Shown one piece after another: positions 1 to 14,330 of a stretch of 64,000 nucleotides of DNA (position 1 is its first letter; every line of letters starts with the position of its first letter). The notes under the pieces were generated by a model. That model had not been told where the DNA came from and searched no databases. It saw nothing but the letters and a program-made list of their open reading frames with translations. The position numbers were made by a program, and so were the translations under genes. The DNA lies in contig OZ024754.1 in assembly GCA_964016885.1 (NCBI GenBank), positions 25,730,001 through 25,794,000 on the forward strand, read 5' to 3'. This stretch comes from Eledone cirrhosa. Its lineage: Eukaryota.

Positions 1-699
1 CAGACAACCTGTTGCTGTCCACCTCTCCTGAGAGTTTCTTCACAGACAAGCTGTTGCTGTCCAGCTCTCCCTGAGAGATTCTTCTCAGACGACCTTCTGC
101 TGTTCACCTCTCTCTGAGAGATTCATCTCAGACAACCTGTGGCTGTCCAGCTCTCCCTGAGAGTTTCTTCTCAGACGACCTTCTGCTGTCCAGCTCTCCT
201 GGCAGTTTCTTCTCAGACAATCTTCTGCTGTCCAGCTGTCCTAAAAGTTTCTTCTCAGACAACCTTCTGCTGTCCACCTCTCCTGAGAGTTTCTTCTCAG
301 ACAACCTTCTGCTGTCCAGATCTCCTGAGAGTTTCTTCTCAGACGACCTTCTGCTGTCCAGCTCTCCTGAGAGTTTCTTCTCAGACAACCTTCTGCTGTC
401 CAGCTCTCCTGAGAGTTTCTTCTCAGACAACCTGCTGCTGTCCACCTCTCCTGAGAGTTTCTTCTCAGACAACCTGCTGCTGTCCACCTCTCCTGAGAGT
501 TTCTTCTCAGACGACCTTCTGCTGTCCAGCTCTCCTGAGAGTTTCTTCTCAGACAACCTTCTGCTGTCCAGCTCTCCTGAGAGTTTCTTCTCAGACAACC
601 TTCTGCTGTCCAGCTCTCCTGAGAGTTTCTTCTCAGACAACCTGCTGCTGTCCACCTCTCCTGAGAATTTCTTCTCAGACAACCTGTTGCTGCCCACCT

Positions 700-3600
700 C
701 TCCTGAGAGTTTCTTCTCAGACGACCTTCTGCTGTCCACCTCTCCTGAGAGTTTCTTCTCAGACAACCTTCTGCTGTCCACCTCTCTCTGAGAGATTCAT
801 CTCAGACAACCTGTGGCTGTCCAGCTCTCCCTGAGAGTTTCTTCTCAGACGACCTTCTGCTGTCCAGCTCTCCTGGCAGTTTCTTCTCAGACAATCTTCT
901 GCTGTCCAGCTGTCCTAAAAGTTTCTTCTCAGACAACCTTCTGCTGTCCACCTCTCCTGAGAGTTTCTTCTCAGACAACCTTCTGCTGTCCAGATCTCCT
1001 GAGAGTTTCTTCTCAGACGACCTTCTGCTGTCCAGCTCTCCTGAGAGTTTCTTCTCAGACAACCTTCTGCTGTCCAGCTCTCCTGAGAGTTTCTTCTCAG
1101 ACAACCTGCTGCTGTCCACCTCTCCTGAGAGTTTCTTCTCAGACAACCTGCTGCTGTCCACCTCTCCTGAGAGTTTCTTCTCAGACGACCTTCTGCTGTC
1201 CAGCTCTCCTGAGAGTTTCTTCTCAGACAACCTTCTGCTGTCCAGCTCTCCTGAGAGTTTCTTCTCAGACAACCTTCTGCTGTCCAGCTCTCCTGAGAGT
1301 TTCTTCTCAGACAACCTGCTGCTGTCCACCTCTCCTGAGAATTTCTTCTCAGACAACCTGTTGCTGTCCACCTCTCCTGAGAGTTTCTTCTCAGACAAGC
1401 TGTTGCTGTCCACCTCTCCTGAGAGTTTCTTCTCAGACAACCTTCTGCTGTCCAGCTCTCCTGAGAGTTTCTTCTCAGAGAACCTGCTGCTGTCCAGCTC
1501 TCCTGAGAGTTTCTTCTCAGACGACCTTCTGCTGTTCACCTGTCCTGAGAGTTTCTTCTCAGACAACCTGCTGCTGTCCACCTCTCCTGAGAGTTTCTTC
1601 TCAGACGACATTCTGCTGTCCAGCTCTCCTGAGAGTTTCTTCTCAGACAACCTTCTGCTGTCCAGCTCTCCTGAGAGTTTCTTCTCAGACAACCTGCTGC
1701 TGTCCACCTCTCCTGAGAGTTTCTTCTCAGACAACCTGCTGCTGTCCACCTCTCCTGAAAGTTTCTTCTCAGACGACCTTATGCTGTCCAGCTCTCCTGA
1801 GAGTTTCTTCTCAGACAACCTTCTGCTGTCCAGCTCTCCTGAGAGTTTCTTCTCAGACAACCTGCTGCTGTCCAGCTCTCCTGAGAGTTTCTTCTCAGAC
1901 AACCTGCTGCTGTCCACCTCTCCTGAGAATTTCTTCTCAGACAACCTGTTGCTGTCCACCTCTCCTGAGAGTTTCTTCACAGACAAGCTGTTGCTGTCCA
2001 GCTCTCCCTGAGAGATTCTTCTCAGACGACCTTCTGCTGTTCACCTGTCCTGAGAGTTTCTTCTCAGACAACCTGCCGCTGTCCACCTCTCCTGAGAGTT
2101 TCTTCTCAGACAACCTGTTGCTGTCCAGCTCTCCCTGAGAGTTTCTTCTCAGACAACCTGCTGCTGTGCACCTCTCCTGAGAGTTTCTTGTCAGACAACC
2201 TGCTGCTGTCCACCTCTCCTGAGAGTTTCTTCTCAGGCAACCTGTTTCTGTCCACCTCTCCCTGAGAGTTTCTTCTCAGACAACCTGCTGCCTTCTATCT
2301 CTCCTGAGAGTTTCTTCTCAGACAACCTGCTGCTGTCCACCTCTCCTGAGAGTTTCTTCTCACACGACCTACTGCTGTTCAGCTCTCCCTGAGAGTTTCT
2401 TCTCAAACAACCTTCTGCTGTCAACCTCTCCTGAGAGTTTCTTCTCAGACAACCTTCTGCTGTCCAGCTCTCCTGAGAGTTTCTTCTCAGACAACCTGTT
2501 GCTGTCCAGCTCTCCTGAGAGTTTCTTCCCAGACAACCTTATGCTGTCCACCTCTCCTGAGAGTTTCTTCTCAGACGACCTTCTGCTGTCCACCTCTCCT
2601 GAGAGTTTCTTCTCAGACAACCTTCTGCTGTCCACCTCTCTCTGAGAGATTCATCTCAGACAACCTGTGGCTGTCCAGCTCTCCCTGAGAGTTTCTTCTC
2701 AGACGACCTTCTGCTGTCCAGCTCTCCTGGCAGTTTCTTCTCAGACAATCTTCTGCTGTCCAGCTGTCCTAAAAGTTTCTTCTCAGACAACCTTCTGCTG
2801 TCCACCTCTCCTGAGAGTTTCTTCTCAGACAACCTTCTGCTGTCCAGATCTCCTGAGAGTTTCTTCTCAGACGACCTTCTGCTGTCCAGCTCTCCTGAGA
2901 GTTTCTTCTCAGACAACCTTCTGCTGTCCAGCTCTCCTGAGAGTTTCTTCTCAGACAACCTGCTGCTGTCCACCTCTCCTGAGAGTTTCTTCTCAGACAA
3001 CCTGCTGCTGTCCACCTCTCCTGAGAGTTTCTTCTCAGACGACCTTCTGCTGTCCAGCTCTCCTGAGAGTTTCTTCTCAGACAACCTTCTGCTGTCCAGC
3101 TCTCCTGAGAGTTTCTTCTCAGACAACCTTCTGCTGTCCAGCTCTCCTGAGAGTTTCTTCTCAGACAACCTGCTGCTGTCCACCTCTCCTGAGAATTTCT
3201 TCTCAGACAACCTGTTGCTGTCCACCTCTCCTGAGAGTTTCTTCTCAGACAAGCTGTTGCTGTCCACCTCTCCTGAGAGTTTCTTCTCAGACAACCTTCT
3301 GCTGTCCAGCTCTCCTGAGAGTTTCTTCTCAGACAACCTGCTGCTGTCCAGCTCTCCTGAGAGTTTCTTCTCAGACGACCTTCTGCTGTTCACCTGTCCT
3401 GAGAGTTTCTTCTCAGACAACCTGCTGCTGTCCACCTCTCCTGAGAGTTTCTTCTCAGACGACATTCTGCTGTCCAGCTCTCCTGAGAGTTTCTTCTCAG
3501 ACAACCTTCTGCTGTCCAGCTCTCCTGAGAGTTTCTTCTCAGACAACCTGCTGCTGTCCACCTCTCCTGAGAGTTTCTTCTCAGACAACCTGCTGCTGTC

Positions 3601-4090
3601 CACCTCTCCTGAAAGTTTCTTCTCAGACGACCTTATGCTGTCCAGCTCTCCTGAGAGTTTCTTCTCAGACAACCTTCTGCTGTCCAGCTCTCCTGAGAGT
3701 TTCTTCTCAGACAACCTGCTGCTGTCCAGCTCTCCTGAGAGTTTCTTCTCAGACAACCTGCTGCTGTCCACCTCTCCTGAGAATTTCTTCTCAGACAACC
3801 TGTTGCTGTCCACCTCTCCTGAGAGTTTCTTCACAGACAAGCTGTTGCTGTCCAGCTCTCCCTGAGAGATTCTTCTCAGACGACCTTCTGCTGTTCACCT
3901 GTCCTGAGAGTTTCTTCTCAGACAACCTGCCGCTGTCCACCTCTCCTGAGAGTTTCTTCTCAGACAACCTGTTGCTGTCCAGCTCTCCCTGAGAGTTTCT
4001 TCTCAGACAACCTGCTGCTGTGCACCTCTCCTGAGAGTTTCTTGTCAGACAACCTGCTGCTGTCCACCTCTCCTGAGAGTTTCTTCTCAG
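700..4090. repeat. Higher-order duplication: ~700-2236 repeated at ~2554-4090 (offset 1854 bp = 44 monomers); third partial copy at ~6200-7590
   Basis: ORFs 802..1986, 2656..3840 and 6280..7464 are the same 394-aa string except for one residue (cagagaac at ~1480). The variant order is identical. Confidence 0.92.
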
Positions 4091-4469
4091 ACGACCTTCT
4101 GCTGTCCAGCTCTCCTGAGAGTTTCTTCTCAGACAACCTGCTGCTGTCCACCTCTCCTGAGAGTTTCTTCTCAGACAACCTTCTGCTGTCCAGCTCTCCC
4201 TGAGAGTTTCTTCTTAGACAACCTTCTGCTGTCCAGCTCTCACTGAGAGTTTCTTCTCAGACGACCTTCTGCTGTCCAGCTCTCCTGAGAGTTTCTTCTC
4301 AGACGACCTTCTGTGTCCGCCTCTCCTGAGAGTTTCTTCTCAGACAACCTGCTGCTGTCCAGCTCTCCCTGAGAGTTTCTTCTCAGACGACCTTCTGCTG
4401 TCCACCTCTCCTGAGAGTTTCTTCTCAGACAACCTTCTGCTGTCCACCTCTCCTGAGAGTTTCTTTACA

Positions 4470-7400
4470 GACAACCTTCTGCTGTCCAGCTCTCCTGAGA
4501 GTTTCTTCTCAAACAACCTGCTGCTGTCCAGCTCTCTTGAGAGTTTCTTCTCAGACAACCTTCTGCTCTCCACCTCTCCTGAGAGTTTCTTCTCAGACAA
4601 CCTGCTGCTGTCCACCTCGCCTGAGAGTTTCTTCTCAGACAACCTGTTGCTGTCCACCTCTCCCTGAGAGTTTCTTCTCAGACGACCTTCTGCTGTCCAC
4701 CTGTCCTGAGAGTTTCTTCTCAGACAACCTGCCGCTGTCCACCTCTCCTGAGAGTTTCTTCTCAGACAACCTTCTGCTGTCCAGCTCTCCTGAGAGTTTC
4801 TTCTCAGACAACCTTCTGCTGTCCAGCTCTCCTGAGAGTTTCTTCTCAGACAACCTTCTGCTGTCCAGCTCTCCTGAGAGTTTCTTCTCAGACAACCTTC
4901 TGCTGTCCACCTCTCCTGAGAGTTTCTTCTCAGACAACCTTCTTCTGTCCACCTCTCCTGAGAGTTTCTTCTCAGACAACCTGTTGCTGTCCAGCTCTCC
5001 CTGAGAGTTTCTTCTCAGACAACCTGCTGCTGTGCACCTCTCCTGAGAGTTTCTTGTCAGACAACCTGCTGCTGTCCACCTCTCCTGAGAGTTTCTTCTC
5101 AGACGACCTACTGCTGTTCAGCTCTCCCTGAGAGTTTCTTCTCAAACAACCTTCTGCTGTCAACCTCTCCTGAGAGTTTCTTCTCAGACAACCTTCTGCT
5201 GTCCAGCTCTCCTGAGAGTTTCTTCACAGACAACCTGTTGCTGTCCAGCTCTCCTGAGAGTTTCTTCTCAGACAACCTTCTGCTGTCCACCTCTCCTGAT
5301 AGTTTCTTCTCAGACGGCCTTCTGCTGTCCACCTCTCCTGAGAGTTTCTTCTCAGACAACCTTCTGCTGTCCACCTCTCCTGAGAGTTTCTTCTCAGACA
5401 AGCTTCTGCTGTCCACCTCCCCTGAGAGTTTCTTCTCAGACGACCTTCTGCTGTCGAGCTCTCCCTGAGAGTCTCTTCTAAGACAACCTGCTGCTGTCCA
5501 CCTCTCCTGAGAGTTTCTTCTCAGACAACATTCTGCTATCCACCTCTCCGGAGAGTTTCTTCTCAGACAACCTTCTGCTGTCCAGCTCTCCTGAGAGTTT
5601 CTCCTCAGACAACCTTCTGCTGTCCACCTCTCCTGAGAGTTTCTTCTCAGACGACATTCTGCTGTCCAGCTCTCCTGAGAGTTTCTTCTCGGACAAACTG
5701 CTGCTGTCCACCTCTCCTGAGAGTTTCTTCTCAGACAACCTGCTGCTGTCCACCTCTCCTGAGAGTTTCTTCTCAGACGACCTTCTGCTGTCCAGCTCTC
5801 CTGAGAGTTTCTTCTCAGACAACCTGCTGCTGTCCACCTCTCCTGAGAGTTTCTTCTCAGACAACCTTCTGCTGTCCAGCTCTCCCTGAGAGTTTCTTCT
5901 TAGACAACCTTCTGCTGTCCAGCTCTCACTGAGAGTTTCTTCTCAGACGACCTTCTGCTGTCCAGCTCTCCTGAGAGTTTCTTCTCAGACGACCTTCTGT
6001 GTCCGCCTCTCCTGAGAGTTTCTTCTCAGACAACCTGCTGCTGTCCAGCTCTCCCTGAGAGTTTCTTCTCAGACGACCTTCTGCTGTCCACCTCTCCTGA
6101 GAGTTTCTTCTCAGACAACCTTCTGCTGTCCACCTCTCCTGAGAGTTTCTTCTCAGACGACCTTCTGCTGTCCAGCTCTCCTGAGAGTTTCTTCTCAGAC
6201 GACCTTCTGCTGTCCACCTCTCCTGAGAGTTTCTTCTCAGACAACCTTCTGCTGTCCACCTCTCTCTGAGAGATTCATCTCAGACAACCTGTGGCTGTCC
6301 AGCTCTCCCTGAGAGTTTCTTCTCAGACGACCTTCTGCTGTCCAGCTCTCCTGGCAGTTTCTTCTCAGACAATCTTCTGCTGTCCAGCTGTCCTAAAAGT
6401 TTCTTCTCAGACAACCTTCTGCTGTCCACCTCTCCTGAGAGTTTCTTCTCAGACAACCTTCTGCTGTCCAGATCTCCTGAGAGTTTCTTCTCAGACGACC
6501 TTCTGCTGTCCAGCTCTCCTGAGAGTTTCTTCTCAGACAACCTTCTGCTGTCCAGCTCTCCTGAGAGTTTCTTCTCAGACAACCTGCTGCTGTCCACCTC
6601 TCCTGAGAGTTTCTTCTCAGACAACCTGCTGCTGTCCACCTCTCCTGAGAGTTTCTTCTCAGACGACCTTCTGCTGTCCAGCTCTCCTGAGAGTTTCTTC
6701 TCAGACAACCTTCTGCTGTCCAGCTCTCCTGAGAGTTTCTTCTCAGACAACCTTCTGCTGTCCAGCTCTCCTGAGAGTTTCTTCTCAGACAACCTGCTGC
6801 TGTCCACCTCTCCTGAGAATTTCTTCTCAGACAACCTGTTGCTGTCCACCTCTCCTGAGAGTTTCTTCTCAGACAAGCTGTTGCTGTCCACCTCTCCTGA
6901 GAGTTTCTTCTCAGACAACCTTCTGCTGTCCAGCTCTCCTGAGAGTTTCTTCTCAGACAACCTGCTGCTGTCCAGCTCTCCTGAGAGTTTCTTCTCAGAC
7001 GACCTTCTGCTGTTCACCTGTCCTGAGAGTTTCTTCTCAGACAACCTGCTGCTGTCCACCTCTCCTGAGAGTTTCTTCTCAGACGACATTCTGCTGTCCA
7101 GCTCTCCTGAGAGTTTCTTCTCAGACAACCTTCTGCTGTCCAGCTCTCCTGAGAGTTTCTTCTCAGACAACCTGCTGCTGTCCACCTCTCCTGAGAGTTT
7201 CTTCTCAGACAACCTGCTGCTGTCCACCTCTCCTGAAAGTTTCTTCTCAGACGACCTTATGCTGTCCAGCTCTCCTGAGAGTTTCTTCTCAGACAACCTT
7301 CTGCTGTCCAGCTCTCCTGAGAGTTTCTTCTCAGACAACCTGCTGCTGTCCAGCTCTCCTGAGAGTTTCTTCTCAGACAACCTGCTGCTGTCCACCTCTC

Positions 7401-10400
7401 CTGAGAATTTCTTCTCAGACAACCTGTTGCTGTCCACCTCTCCTGAGAGTTTCTTCACAGACAAGCTGTTGCTGTCCAGCTCTCCCTGAGAGATTCTTCT
7501 CAGACGACCTTCTGCTGTTCACCTGTCCTGAGAGTTTCTTCTCAGACAACCTGCCGCTGTCCACCTCTCCTGAGAGTTTCTTCTCAGACAACCTGCTGCT
7601 GTCCACCTCTCCTGAGAGTTTCTTCTCAGACAACCTTCTGCTGTCCACCTCTCCTGAGAGTTTCTTCTCAGACAACCTTCTGCTGTCCAGCTCTCCTGAG
7701 AGTTTCTTCTCAGACAACCTGCTGCTGTCCAGCTCTCTTGAGAGTTTCTTCTCGGACAACCTTCTGCTCTCCACCGCTCCTGAGAGTTTCCTCTCAGACA
7801 AGCTGTTGCTGTCCAGCACTCCCTGAGAGATTCTTCTCAGACGACCTTCTGCTGTCCACCTGTCCTGAGAGTTTCTTCTCAGACAACCTGCCGCTGTCCA
7901 CCTCTCCTGAGAGTTTCTTCTCAGACAACCTTCTGCTGTCCAGCGCTCCTGAGAGTTTCTTCTCTGACAACCTTCTGCTGTCCACCTCTCCTGAGAGTTT
8001 CTTCTCAGACAACCTTCTGCTGTCCACCTCTCCTGAGAGTTTCTTCTCAGACGACCTTCTGCTGTCCAGCTCTCCTGAGAGTTTCTTCTCAGACGACCTT
8101 CTGCTGTCCACCTCTCCTGAGAGTTTCTTCTCAGACAACCTTCTGCTGTCCACCTCTCTCTGAGAGATTCATCTCAGACAACCTGTGGCTGTCCAGCTCT
8201 CCCTGAGAGTTTCTTCTCAGACGACCTTCTGCTGTCCAGCTCTCCTGGCAGTTTCTTCTCAGACAATCTTCTGCTGTCCAGCTGTCCTAAAAGTTTCTTC
8301 TCAGACAACCTTCTGCTGTCCACCTCTCCTGAGAGTTTCTTCTCAGACAACCTTCTGCTGTCCAGATCTCCTGAGAGTTTCTTCTCAGACGACCTTCTGC
8401 TGTCCAGCTCTCCTGAGAGTTTCTTCTCAGACAACCTTCTGCTGTCCAGCTCTCCTGAGAGTTTCTTCTCAGACAACCTGCTGCTGTCCACCTCTCCTGA
8501 GAGTTTCTTCTCAGACAACCTGCTGCTGTCCACCTCTCCTGAGAGTTTCTTCTCAGACGACCTTCTGCTGTCCAGCTCTCCTGAGAGTTTCTTCTCAGAC
8601 AACCTTCTGCTGTCCAGCTCTCCTGAGAGTTTCTTCTCAGACAACCTTCTGCTGTCCAGCTCTCCTGAGAGTTTCTTCTCAGACAACCTGCTGCTGTCCA
8701 CCTCTCCTGAGAATTTCTTCTCAGACAACCTGTTGCTGTCCACCTCTCCTGAGAGTTTCTTCTCAGACAAGCTGTTGCTGTCCAGCTCTCCCTGAGAGAT
8801 TCTTCTCAGACGACCTTCTGCTGTTCACCTGTCCTGAGAGTTTCTTCTCAGACAACCTGCTGCTGTCCACCTCTCCTGAGAGTTTCTTCTCAGACGACAT
8901 TCTGCTGTCCAGCTCTCCTGAGAGTTTCTTCTCAGACAACCTTCTGCTGTCCAGCTCTCCTGAGAGTTTCTTCTCAGACAACCTGCTGCTGTCCACCTCT
9001 CCTGAGAGTTTCTTCTCAGACAACCTGCTGCTGTCCACCTCTCCTGAAAGTTTCTTCTCAGACGACCTTATGCTGTCCAGCTCTCCTGAGAGTTTCTTCT
9101 CAGACAACCTTCTGCTGTCCAGCTCTCCTGAGAGTTTCTTCTCAGACAACCTGCTGCTGTCCAGCTCTCCTGAGAGTTTCTTCTCAGACAACCTGCTGCT
9201 GTCCACCTCTCCTGAGAATTTCTTCTCAGACAACCTGTTGCTGTCCACCTCTCCTGAGAGTTTCTTCACAGACAAGCTGTTGCTGTCCAGCTCTCCCTGA
9301 GAGATTCTTCTCAGACGACCTTCTGCTGTTCACCTGTCCTGAGAGTTTCTTCTCAGACAACCTGCCGCTGTCCACCTCTCCTGAGAGTTTCTTCTCAGAC
9401 AACCTGCTGCTGTCCACCTCTCCTGAGAGTTTCTTCTCAGACAACCTTCTGCTGTCCAGCTCTCCTGAGAGTTTCTTCTCAGACAACCTGCTGCTGTCCA
9501 GCTCTCTTGAGAGTTTCTTCTCGGACAACCTTCTGCTCTCCACCGCTCCTGAGAGTTTCCTCTCAGACAAGCTGTTGCTGTCCAGCACTCCCTGAGAGAT
9601 TCTTCTCAGACGACCTTCTGCTGTCCACCTGTCCTGAGAGTTTCTTCTCAGACAACCTGCCGCTGTCCACCTCTCCTGAGAGTTTCTTCTCAGACAACCT
9701 TCTGCTGTCCAGCGCTCCTGAGAGTTTCTTCTCTGACAACCTTCTGCTGTCCAGCTCTCCTGCGAGTTTCTTCTCAGACAACCTGCTGCTGTCCACCTCT
9801 CCTGAGAGTTTCTTCTCAGACAACCTTCTTCTGTCCACCTCTCCTGAGAGTTTCTTCTCAGACAACCTGTTGCTGTCCAGCTCTCCCTGAGAGTTTCTTC
9901 TCAGACAACCTGCTGCTGTGCACCTCTCCTGAGAGTTTCTTGTCAGACAACCTGCTGCTGTCCACCTCTCCTGAGAGTTTCTTCTCAGGCAACCTGTTGC
10001 TGTCCACCTCTCCCTGAGAGTTTCTTCTCAGACAACCTGCTGCCTTCCATCTCTCCTGAGAGTTTCTTCTCAGACGACCTGCTGCTGTCCACCTCTCCTG
10101 AGAGTTTCTTCTCACACGACCTACTGCTGTTCAGCTCTCCCTGAGAGTTTCTTCTCAAACAACCTTCTGCTGTCAACCTCTCCTGAGAGTTTCTTCTCAG
10201 ACAACCTTCTGCTGTCCAGCTCTCCTGAGAGTTTCTTCTCAGACAACCTGTTGCTGTCCAGCTCTCCTGAGAGTTTCTTCCCAGACAACCTTATGCTGTC
10301 CACCTCTCCTGAGAGTTTCTTCTCAGACGACCTTCTGCTGTCCACCTCTCCTGAGAGTTTCTTCTCAGACAACCTTCTGCTGTCCAGCTCTCCTGAGAGT

Positions 10401-13400
10401 TTCTTCTCAGACAAGCTTCTGCTGTCCACCTCCCCTGAGAGTTTCTTCTCAGACGACCTGCCGCTGTCCAGCTCTCCCTGAGAGTTTCTTCTCAGACAAC
10501 ATTCTGCTATCCACCTCTCCGGAGAGTTTCTTCTCAGACAACCTTCTGCTGTCCACCTCTCCTGAGAGTTTCTCCTCAGACAACCTTCTGCTGTCCACCT
10601 CTCCTGAGAGTTTCTTCTCAGACGACATTCTGCTGTCCAGCTCTCCTGAGAGTTTCTTCTCGGACAAACTGCTGCTGTCCACCTCTCCTGAGAGTTTCTT
10701 CTCAGACAACCTGCTGCTGTCCACCTCTCCTGAGAGTTTCTTCTCAGACGACCTTCTGCTGTCCAGCTCTCCTGAGAGTTTCTTCTCAGACAACCTGCTG
10801 CTGTCCACCTCTCCTGAGAGTTTCTTCTCAGACAACCTTCTGCTGTCCAGCTCTCCCTGAGAGTTTCTTCTTAGACAACCTTCTGCTGTCCAGCTCTCAC
10901 TGAGAGTTTCTTCTCAGACGACCTTCTGCTGTCCAGCTCTCCTGAGAGTTTCTTCTCAGACGACCTTCTGTGTCCGCCTCTCCTGAGAGTTTCTTCTCAG
11001 ACAACCTGCTGCTGTCCAGCTCTCCCTGAGGGTTTCTTCTCAGACGACCTTCTGCTGTCCACCTCTCCTGAGAGTTTCTTCTCAGACAACCTTCTGCTGT
11101 CCACCTCTCCTGAGAGTTTCTTCTCAGACGACCTTCTGCTGTCCAGCTCTCCTGAGAGTTTCTTCTCAGACGACCTTCTGCTGTCCACCTCTCCTGAGAG
11201 TTTCTTCTCAGACAACCTTCTGCTGTCCTCCTCTCTCTGAGAGATTCTTCTCAGACAACCTGTGGCTGTCCAGCTCTCCCTGAGAGTTTCTTCTCAGACG
11301 ACCTTCTGCTGTCCAGCTCTCCTGGCAGTTTCTTCTCAGACAATCTTCTGCTGTCCAGCTGTCCTAAAAGTTTCTTCTCAGACAACCTTCTGCTGTCCAC
11401 CTCTCCTGAGAGTTTCTTCTCAGACAACCTTCTGCTGTCCAGATCTCCTGAGAGTTTCTTCTCAGACGACCTTCTGCTGTCCAGCTCTCCTGAGAGTTTC
11501 TTCTCAGACAACCTTCTGCTGTCCAGCTCTCCTGAGAGTTTCTTCTCAGACAACCTGCTGCTGTCCACCTCTCCTGAGAGTTTCTTCTCAGACAACCTGC
11601 TGCTGTCCACCTCTCCTGAGAGTTTCTTCTCAGACGACCTTCTGTTGTCCAGCTCTCCTGAGAGTTTCTTCTCAGACAACCTTCTGCTGTCCAGCTCTCC
11701 TGAGAGTTTCTTCTCAGACAACCTTCTGCTGTCCAGCTCCCCTGAGAGTTTCTTCTCAGACAACCTGCTGCTGTCCACCTCTCCTGAGAATTTCTTCTCA
11801 GACAACCTGTTGCTGTCCACCTCTCCTGAGAGTTTCTTCTCAGACAAGCTGTTGCTGTCCAGCTCTCCCTGAGAGATTCTTCTCAGACGACCTTCTGCTG
11901 TTCACCTGTCCTGAGAGTTTCTTCTCAGACAACCTGCTGCTGTCCACCTCTCCTGAGAGTTTCTTCTCAGACGACATTCTGCTGTCCAGCTCTCCTGAGA
12001 GTTTCTTCTCGGACAAACTGCTGCTGTCCACCTCTCCTGAGAGTTTCTTCTCAGACAACCTGCTGCTGTCCACCTCTCCTGAGAGTTTCTTCTCAGACGA
12101 CCTTCTGCTGTCCAGCTCTCCTGAGAGTTTCTTCTCAGACAACCTGCTGCTGTCCACCTCTCCTGAGAGTTTCTTCTCAGACAACCTTCTGCTGTCCAGC
12201 TCTCCCTGAGAGTTTCTTCTTAGATAACCTTCTGCTGTCCAGTTCTCACTGAGAGTTTCTTCTCAGACGACCTTCTGCTGTCCAGCTCTCCTGAGAGTTT
12301 CTTCTCAGACGACCTTCTGTGTCCGCCTCTCCTGAGAGTTTCTTCTCAGACAACCTGCTGCTGTCCAGCTCTCCCTGAGAGTTTCTTCTCAGACGACCTT
12401 CTGCTGTCCACATTTCCTGAGAGTTTCTTCTCAGACAACCTTCTGCTGTCCACCTCTCCTGAGAGTTTCTTCTCAGACGACCTTCTGCTGTCCAGCTCTC
12501 CTGAGAGTTTCTTCTCAGACGACCTTCTGCTGTCCACCTCTCCTGAGAGTTTCTTCTCAGACAACCTTCTGCTGTCCACCTCTCTCTGAGAGATTCTTCT
12601 CAGACAACCTGTGGCTGTCCAGCTCTCCCTGAGAGTTTCTTCTCAGACGACCTTCTGCTGTCCAGCTCTCCTGGCAATTTCTTCTCAGACAATCTTCTGC
12701 TGTCCAGCTGTCCTAAAAGTTTCTTCTCAGACAACCTTCTGCTGTCCACCTCTCCTGAGAGTTTCTTCTCAGACAACCTTCTGCTGTCCAGATCTCCTGA
12801 GAGTTTCTTCTCAGACGACCTTCTGCTGTCCAGCTCTCCTGAGAGTTTCTTCTCAGACAACCTTCTGCTGTCCAGCTCTCCTGAGAGTTTCTTCTCAGAC
12901 AACCTGCTGCTGTCCACCTCTCCTGAGAGTTTCTTCTCAGACAACCTGCTGCTGTCCACCTCTCCTGAGAGTTTCTTCTCAGACGACCTTCTGCTGTCCA
13001 GCTCTCCTGAGAGTTTCTTCTCAGACAACCTTCTGCTGTCCAGCTCTCCTGAGAGTTTCTTCTCAGACAACCTTCTGCTGTCCAGCTCTCCTGAGAGTTT
13101 CTTCTCAGACAACCTGCTGCTGTCCACTTCTCCTGAGAATTTCTTCTCAGACAACCTGTTGCTGTCCACCTCTCCTGAGAGTTTCTTCTCAGACAAGCTG
13201 TTGCTGTCCAGCTCTCCCTGAGAGATTCTTCTCAGACGACCTTCTGCTGTTCACCTGTCCTGAGAGTTTCTTCTCAGACAACCTGCTGCTGTCCACCTCT
13301 CCTGAGAGTTTCTTCTCAGACAACCTTCTGCTGTCCACCTCTCCTGAGAGTTTCTTCTCAGACAACCTTCTGCTGTCCAGCTCTCCTGAGAGTTTCTTCT

Positions 13401-14330
13401 CAAACAACCTGCTGCTGTCCAGCTCTCTTGAGAGTTTCTTCTCAGACAACCTTCTGCTCTCCACCTCTCCTGAGAGTTTCTTCTCAGACAACCTGCTGCT
13501 GTCCACCTCGCCTGAGAGTTTCTTCTCAGACAACCTGTTGCTGTCCACCTCTCCCTGAGAGTTTCTTCTCAGACGACCTTCTGCTGTCCACCTGTCCTGA
13601 GAGTTTCTTCTCAGACAACCTGCCGCTGTCCACCTCTCCTGAGAGTTTCTTCTCAGACAACCTTCTGCTGTCCAGCTCTCCTGAGAGTTTCTTCTCAGAC
13701 AACCTTCTGCTGTCCAGCTCTCCTGAGAGTTTCTTCTCAGACAACCTTCTGCTGTCCAGCTCTCCTGAGAGTTTCTTCTCAGACAACCTTCTGCTGTCCA
13801 CCTCTCCTGAGAGTTTCTTCTCAGACAACCTTCTTCTGTCCACCTCTCCTGAGAGTTTCTTCTCAGACAACCTGTTGCTGTCCAGCTCTCCCTGAGAGTT
13901 TCTTCTCAGACAACCTGCTGCTGTGCACCTCTCCTGAGAGTTTCTTGTCAGACAACCTGCTGCTGTCCACCTCTCCTGAGAGTTTCTTCTCAGACGACCT
14001 ACTGCTGTTCAGCTCTCCCTGAGAGTTTCTTCTCAAACAACCTTCTGCTGTCAACCTCTCCTGAGAGTTTCTTCTCAGACAACCTTCTGCTGTCCAGCTC
14101 TCCTGAGAGTTTCTTCACAGACAACCTGTTGCTGTCCAGCTCTCCTGAGAGTTTCTTCTCAGACAACCTTCTGCTGTCCACCTCTCCTGATAGTTTCTTC
14201 TCAGACGGCCTTCTGCTGTCCACCTCTCCTGAGAGTTTCTTCTCAGACAACCTTCTGCTGTCCACCTCTCCTGAGAGTTTCTTCTCAGACAAGCTTCTGC
14301 TGTCCACCTCTCCTGAGAGTTTCTTCTAGA
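4470..14330. repeat. Dispersed duplication of a ~0.9-kb block: ~4470-5410 and ~13360-14300 (offset 8891 bp)
   Basis: Identical ORF pairs 4537/13428, 4635/13526, 4972/13863 and 5108/13999. The private variant gacggcc occurs at ~5315 and ~14206. Confidence 0.88.

Noticed and set aside
139-7826. Cys-rich + strand ORFs resembling keratin-associated or metallothionein-like proteins
   Set aside because: The Cys runs come from the short TGC repeat in the monomer. The same pattern occurs throughout the array, and ORFs switch to another repeat frame at +1 units.
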